A DNA stretch of 64,000 bases from assembly GCA_020725405.1 (NCBI GenBank), contig DYFB01000037.1:8760-72759 (forward strand). The letters are read 5' to 3'. Under the pieces are notes generated by a model. It was not told where the DNA came from. It ran no database searches and saw only the letters and a program-made list of their open reading frames with translations. This DNA comes from Symbiobacterium sp. Its GTDB lineage: Bacteria; Bacillota; Sulfobacillia; UBA995; UBA9673. Positions 60,225 to 64,000 of this stretch are shown piece after piece; position 1 is the stretch's first letter, and every line of letters begins with the position of its first letter. Made by a program: the position numbers and the translations under genes.

Positions 60225-61364
60225 GTGGCGACCGGAGATAACCGTGTGTACCTCGGGATAGACGTCGGTTCGGTCACGACCAAGGCGGTGGCCGTCGACG
60301 GGGCGGGGGAGATCTTGGCGCGGGCCTGTCTTGAGACCATGGGCCAGCCGGCCAGACAGATCATGCAGGTCCTGGCTGAAGTGGGGCGGCGGCTGGGGGA
60401 GGCGGTGACCGTGGACGGGGTGGGTACGACGGGCAGCGGCCGAAACCTGGCCGCGGCCCTGGTCGGAGGGGACGTGGTCAAGAACGAGATAACCGCCCAC
60501 GCCGTGGCCGCGCTGCGCCTCGTTCCCGAGGCCCGGACCGTGCTGGAGATAGGGGGACAGGACTCGAAGGTCATCCTCCTCCGGGAGGGGGTCGTGGTCG
60601 ACTTCGCCATGAACACGGTCTGCGCCGCCGGGACGGGGTCGTTCCTGGACCGGCAGGCCTCACGGCTCGGTCTCGACATCCGGGAGTTCGGCCGGCTGGC
60701 GGCCGGCTCGACTCACCCGGTGCGTATCGCCGGAAGGTGCACCGTCTTCGCCGAGACGGACATGATTCACAAGCAGCAGGTCGGCCACCCGGTCGAGGAC
60801 ATCGTCGCCGGGCTCTGCCGGGCCCTCGTCCGCAACTACCTCAACAACCTCGCCAAGGGGAAAGACCTCGAGCCGCCCTACGTCTTCCAGGGCGGTGTGG
60901 CCGCGAACGCCGGCATGGTGCAGGCCTTCGAAGAGGCCCTGGGAGCGCCGGTCTTCGTCCCCGAACACCACGCCCTGATGGGCGCCTACGGGGCGGCCAT
61001 CCTGGCCCTGGAGGAGCACCAGGAGAAGGAGGCCCGGGTCGGAGCGCCCGGCTCCGGAGGGGGGAGCGGGCCCGGGGGGGCGGACCGATCCCCGAGTTCC
61101 TACTCCCCGACTTCCCGCTTCCGCGGCTTCCGGCTCGGAGAGATGGACTACCGCACCTCGGCCTTCGATTGCGAGGGCTGCACCAACCAGTGCGAGATAG
61201 TGGAGATATTCCTTGAGGGCGTCCTCGTCGCGCGCTGGGGTGGGAGATGCGATCGCTGGGAGAGGGCCGGCGTGGTCCCCGGAAGGTCCGACCGCTCTGC
61301 TGCAGGGGCCGGGCGGTCGACGGAGGACCGGGCCGGGTCGGCCGCGAAGGCGGGCCACGCCTAG
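60225..61364 (+). CDS. Acyl-CoA dehydratase activase (BadF/BadG/BcrA/BcrD ASKHA ATPase, [4Fe-4S])
   Basis: GIDVGS.TTK, TGSG, IGGQDSK, MN..CAAGTGSFL, AGRCTVFAE, GGVA.N; extra C-terminal CxxCxxxC...C. Confidence 0.9.
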   Translation: MATGDNRVYLGIDVGSVTTKAVAVDGAGEILARACLETMGQPARQIMQVLAEVGRRLGEAVTVDGVGTTGSGRNLAAALVGGDVVKNEITAHAVAALRLVPEARTVLEIGGQDSKVILLREGVVVDFAMNTVCAAGTGSFLDRQASRLGLDIREFGRLAAGSTHPVRIAGRCTVFAETDMIHKQQVGHPVEDIVAGLCRALVRNYLNNLAKGKDLEPPYVFQGGVAANAGMVQAFEEALGAPVFVPEHHALMGAYGAAILALEEHQEKEARVGAPGSGGGSGPGGADRSPSSYSPTSRFRGFRLGEMDYRTSAFDCEGCTNQCEIVEIFLEGVLVARWGGRCDRWERAGVVPGRSDRSAAGAGRSTEDRAGSAAKAGHA

Positions 61365-61459
61365 CTTGAGGCTCCGTCCCGGGAGAGGCTCACCGTGGGG
61401 TCGGCGAAGGACCCGCGGTCGCTGGCGGAGAAGACCCCCTTCGGGGGTGAGGGCGGACC

Positions 61460-62203
61460 TTGGACCCGGAGGGTCGGGGGGAGCGCAGGCGGAACGGGGG
61501 AGCGAGCGAGGGCTCCCGCGCCGATGACCCTGGGGGCTGGGAGGGTCTCCGCTGGCCCGGTCCGTGGGCTCCGGCCGCAGCCCTCGTCGTCGCGCTCGCG
61601 ACCGGCTTCGTGAGCGCCCTCATCCTGACGACGATCCTGGCCGGACGCCCGGAGACCGAGCTGGTCGCGAACCTCGGAGCGAACCTCGTCACCCACGCGG
61701 CTCTGGTGTCGGCCAGCCTCGCCCTCGTGGCCGCGGCTAATCCCGGGCGGAACATCATTGCCCTGGCTGCCCGTTTCGACCCGGCCGACTGGCGTCTCGT
61801 CCTGACTCTCGTTCTCTTCGCTCCCCCGGCCGGTCTTCTCCTGGCCGCAGCGGCGACGGAATTCGGTCTCGAGATGGACGAAACCCGGATGGCTCTCCTC
61901 CACCACCCGGTCATAATGCTCGCCGGACTGACTCTGGGACCCGCCGCCGAGGAGGCGTGGGGGAGAGGGCTCGTCTACGGGGCCCTCAGGCGGTTCGGCC
62001 CAGGGGCGGCCCTGGCGGGCACCACGCTGGTCACCGCCGGCATCCACTGGTCGGCGCCGCAGATTCTCGCCACCCTGCCGGCCATGTTCGGCCTGACCGT
62101 CATCAGACACCTGACCGGCCGCCTTGCGCCCTCCATCGTGGCGCACTCGGCCTATAACGCCGTCCTTATGCTCCTGGTGGTGGCCGGCGACCCGCCTGGG
62201 TAG
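61460..62203 (+). CDS. CPBP (CAAX/Abi) family intramembrane metalloprotease
   Basis: EE...RG, H, HSAYN motifs; multi-TM. Confidence 0.8.
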   Translation: MDPEGRGERRRNGGASEGSRADDPGGWEGLRWPGPWAPAAALVVALATGFVSALILTTILAGRPETELVANLGANLVTHAALVSASLALVAAANPGRNIIALAARFDPADWRLVLTLVLFAPPAGLLLAAAATEFGLEMDETRMALLHHPVIMLAGLTLGPAAEEAWGRGLVYGALRRFGPGAALAGTTLVTAGIHWSAPQILATLPAMFGLTVIRHLTGRLAPSIVAHSAYNAVLMLLVVAGDPPG

Positions 62204-62366
62204 GGAGAGCCGTCTTCCTCACCCGAGCCCGTGCGGTCCGTAGACCGCGCCAGGAGAGAGGCCCCGCCGGGAGGGTTGCGGCCCCGGGGGAAGAATAGGC
62301 CACAATCAGGCCGCGGCCCGGGACGGTCCGGCGGGCCGACCCGGAAAGGAGTCCTCCACCGAGCGG

Positions 62367-63017
62367 ATGTTCCCGAGAACCGATATGGTAACCCTGCTCC
62401 TGTCGCTGCCGGCACTGGTCCTGGCCCTGACGGTCCACGAGTACGCCCACGCCAAAGCGGCCGACCGCCTGGGCGACCCGACGCCGCGCCTGGCCGGGCG
62501 CCTGACCCTCGAGCCCTGGGCCCACCTCGACCCCATCGGGACCCTGATGCTCCTCATCTTCCGTTTCGGCTGGGCGAAGCCCGTCCCGATAAACCCGGCG
62601 AACTTCCGGGACTGGCGCCGGGGAGTTCTTATCACCTCGCTCGCCGGCCCGCTGTCGAATATCGCCCTCGCGGCCGTCGCCGCGCTCCTCCTGGCCTTCC
62701 GCTTTCCGACCTGGCCGCTCCTCGCCCAGGTGCCGCACCTGTGGGACATAACCTACTACATCTTCGTCCTGAACCTCTGGTTCGCCGTGTTCAACCTCAT
62801 CCCGATACCACCGCTGGACGGCTCGAAGGTCGTCATGGCCCTCCTGCCGGGCCGCCAGGCGTACTTCTTCGCCCGCCTGGAGCCCTACGGACCGGTCATC
62901 CTGATGCTCTTCCTCTTCAGTGGGGCGGCCCTGCCCCTAGTGCGGACGGTCGCGGGGATTCTGGGGAACATCCTCTGGCTTCTGGCTCGGCTCCTCGCCG
63001 GCCTGTTCGGCCTGTGA
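62367..63017 (+). CDS. Site-2 protease (M50) family
   Basis: HEYAH, GD.TP..AGRLTL.P..HLD, FGWAKPVP.NP, AGP.SN, NLIPIPPLDG. Confidence 0.92.
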   Translation: MFPRTDMVTLLLSLPALVLALTVHEYAHAKAADRLGDPTPRLAGRLTLEPWAHLDPIGTLMLLIFRFGWAKPVPINPANFRDWRRGVLITSLAGPLSNIALAAVAALLLAFRFPTWPLLAQVPHLWDITYYIFVLNLWFAVFNLIPIPPLDGSKVVMALLPGRQAYFFARLEPYGPVILMLFLFSGAALPLVRTVAGILGNILWLLARLLAGLFGL

Positions 63018-63886
63018 CGGTCGAGGCCCCCGCCGGCCGGTCGGCTTACCGGGTGAGGCTCGACGTCTTCGAGGGGCCTCTCGACCTCCTCCTCCACCTC
63101 ATCCGGCGCGAGGAGATGGACATCTATGACATCCCCATCGCCCGGATCACCGCCCAGTACCTCGAGTACCTCGAGGTCCTGGATACCATAGACCTCGACC
63201 GGGCCTCGGAGTTCCTGGTGATGGCGGCGACCCTCATCGACCTGAAGTCGCGGATGCTCCTGCCGCGGCCCCCGGCCGCGGAGTTCATCGACGATGAGGC
63301 CCAGGCCGACCCGAGGCGCGAGCTCGTGGCCAGGCTTCTCGAGTACCGGCGCTACAAGGAGGCCGCCGGGCTCCTGGGGAAGCGGGCGTCCGAGGCGCGC
63401 CGGCAGCACAGCCGCTACGGCGGGCCGGGCGGACCCGTCCCGCCAGCCCGGCCGGGGGGCGTCCAGGATGCGGGCCGCCCGGGGCCCGCCGCCTCGGACT
63501 CCGAGCCGGGAGCGGCGCCCGGGGCTGGCGCGGCGGAGGGCCGCCTGGAGGGGGTGTCGCTAGCCGACCTTGTGGCCGCGCTGCAGGAGGTGCTCCGGGG
63601 CCTGGAAGAGCGGGAGGCCCAGGAGATAGTCCGGGAGAGCGTGACCGTGGCCGCTAAGATGGAGGAGCTCGCGACCCTGTTCCGCGAGGCGGGGGACACG
63701 GGGCTCGACTTCTCGGACATCCTCCGGCGGGCGAGGACGCGCCGCGGCGTGGTTGTGACCTTCCTCGCCCTCCTGGAGCTTCTCCGGCAGGCGAGAGTCC
63801 GCGCGGTCCAGGAGCGGACGTTCGGACCCATTCGAGTCTGGGCCACGCCGGCTCTGGCCCGCTGGGGGTGGCCGGGGCGTGGCTGA
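63014..63886 (+). CDS. scpA: Segregation and condensation protein A
   Basis: FEGPLDLLL.LI, DIYDIPIA.IT.QY, EFLVMAATL..LKSR.LLP, TFLALLEL. Confidence 0.96.
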   Translation: MTVEAPAGRSAYRVRLDVFEGPLDLLLHLIRREEMDIYDIPIARITAQYLEYLEVLDTIDLDRASEFLVMAATLIDLKSRMLLPRPPAAEFIDDEAQADPRRELVARLLEYRRYKEAAGLLGKRASEARRQHSRYGGPGGPVPPARPGGVQDAGRPGPAASDSEPGAAPGAGAAEGRLEGVSLADLVAALQEVLRGLEEREAQEIVRESVTVAAKMEELATLFREAGDTGLDFSDILRRARTRRGVVVTFLALLELLRQARVRAVQERTFGPIRVWATPALARWGWPGRG

Positions 63887-64000
63887 GCGAGGGCCGGAGG
63901 GACCTGCCCCGGAGACGGTCAAGGGCGCTCTGGAGGCGCTGTTGCTCGTGGCTTCCGAACCGCTCACCCCCCGCCGGGCGGCGGGGATTCTCGGGCTCAC
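63879..64000 (+). CDS. scpB: Segregation and condensation protein B (3' truncated by window)
   Basis: Hand translation MAERGPEGPAPETVKGALEALLLVASEPLT..., following scpA. Confidence 0.85.
   Translation, partial: MAERGPEGPAPETVKGALEALLLVASEPLTPRRAAGILGL

Overview
64 kb of chromosomal backbone from a high-GC, endospore-forming, probably anaerobic Bacillota (Firmicutes) genome. Gene order: lpdA(3' end), GH18 spore hydrolase, aminopeptidase P-efp, spoIIIAA-AH, asp23-amaP-DUF2273-nusB, nfnAB, folD-xseAB-ispA, a ~600 nt OLE RNA with its partner gene oapA, dxs-tlyA, an inverted nadK-recN block, spoIVB-spo0A, PheDH-like + LeuDH + 2-oxoacid:ferredoxin oxidoreductase, phoPR-pstSCAB-phoU, nudF-endoQ(frameshifted)-spoIIM-ald-xerD-deoB-punA-pdp, a DinB gene, dacF-spoIIAA-AB-sigF, spoVA (with dodecin), a three-gene dehydratase/activase-like module, CPBP and site-2 proteases, scpA-scpB(5' end). 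I saw no rRNA, tRNA, CRISPR array, transposase or prophage. Main points of interest: (1) the OLE RNA-OapA locus (a known but poorly understood RNP system, invisible in the ORF track); (2) nadK-recN is flipped between two CTAG tetramers, and reversing the segment restores the canonical operon exactly; (3) a hidden 61-aa CTG-start membrane protein with a perfect, hairpin-masked Shine-Dalgarno; (4) an orphan Fe-S/ATPase module translationally coupled to spoVAF and interrupted by a 5x23-bp array; (5) two single-base homopolymer shifts (endoQ, spoIVB) that may be sequencing errors. All protein calls come from motif recognition and synteny, not from database searches.
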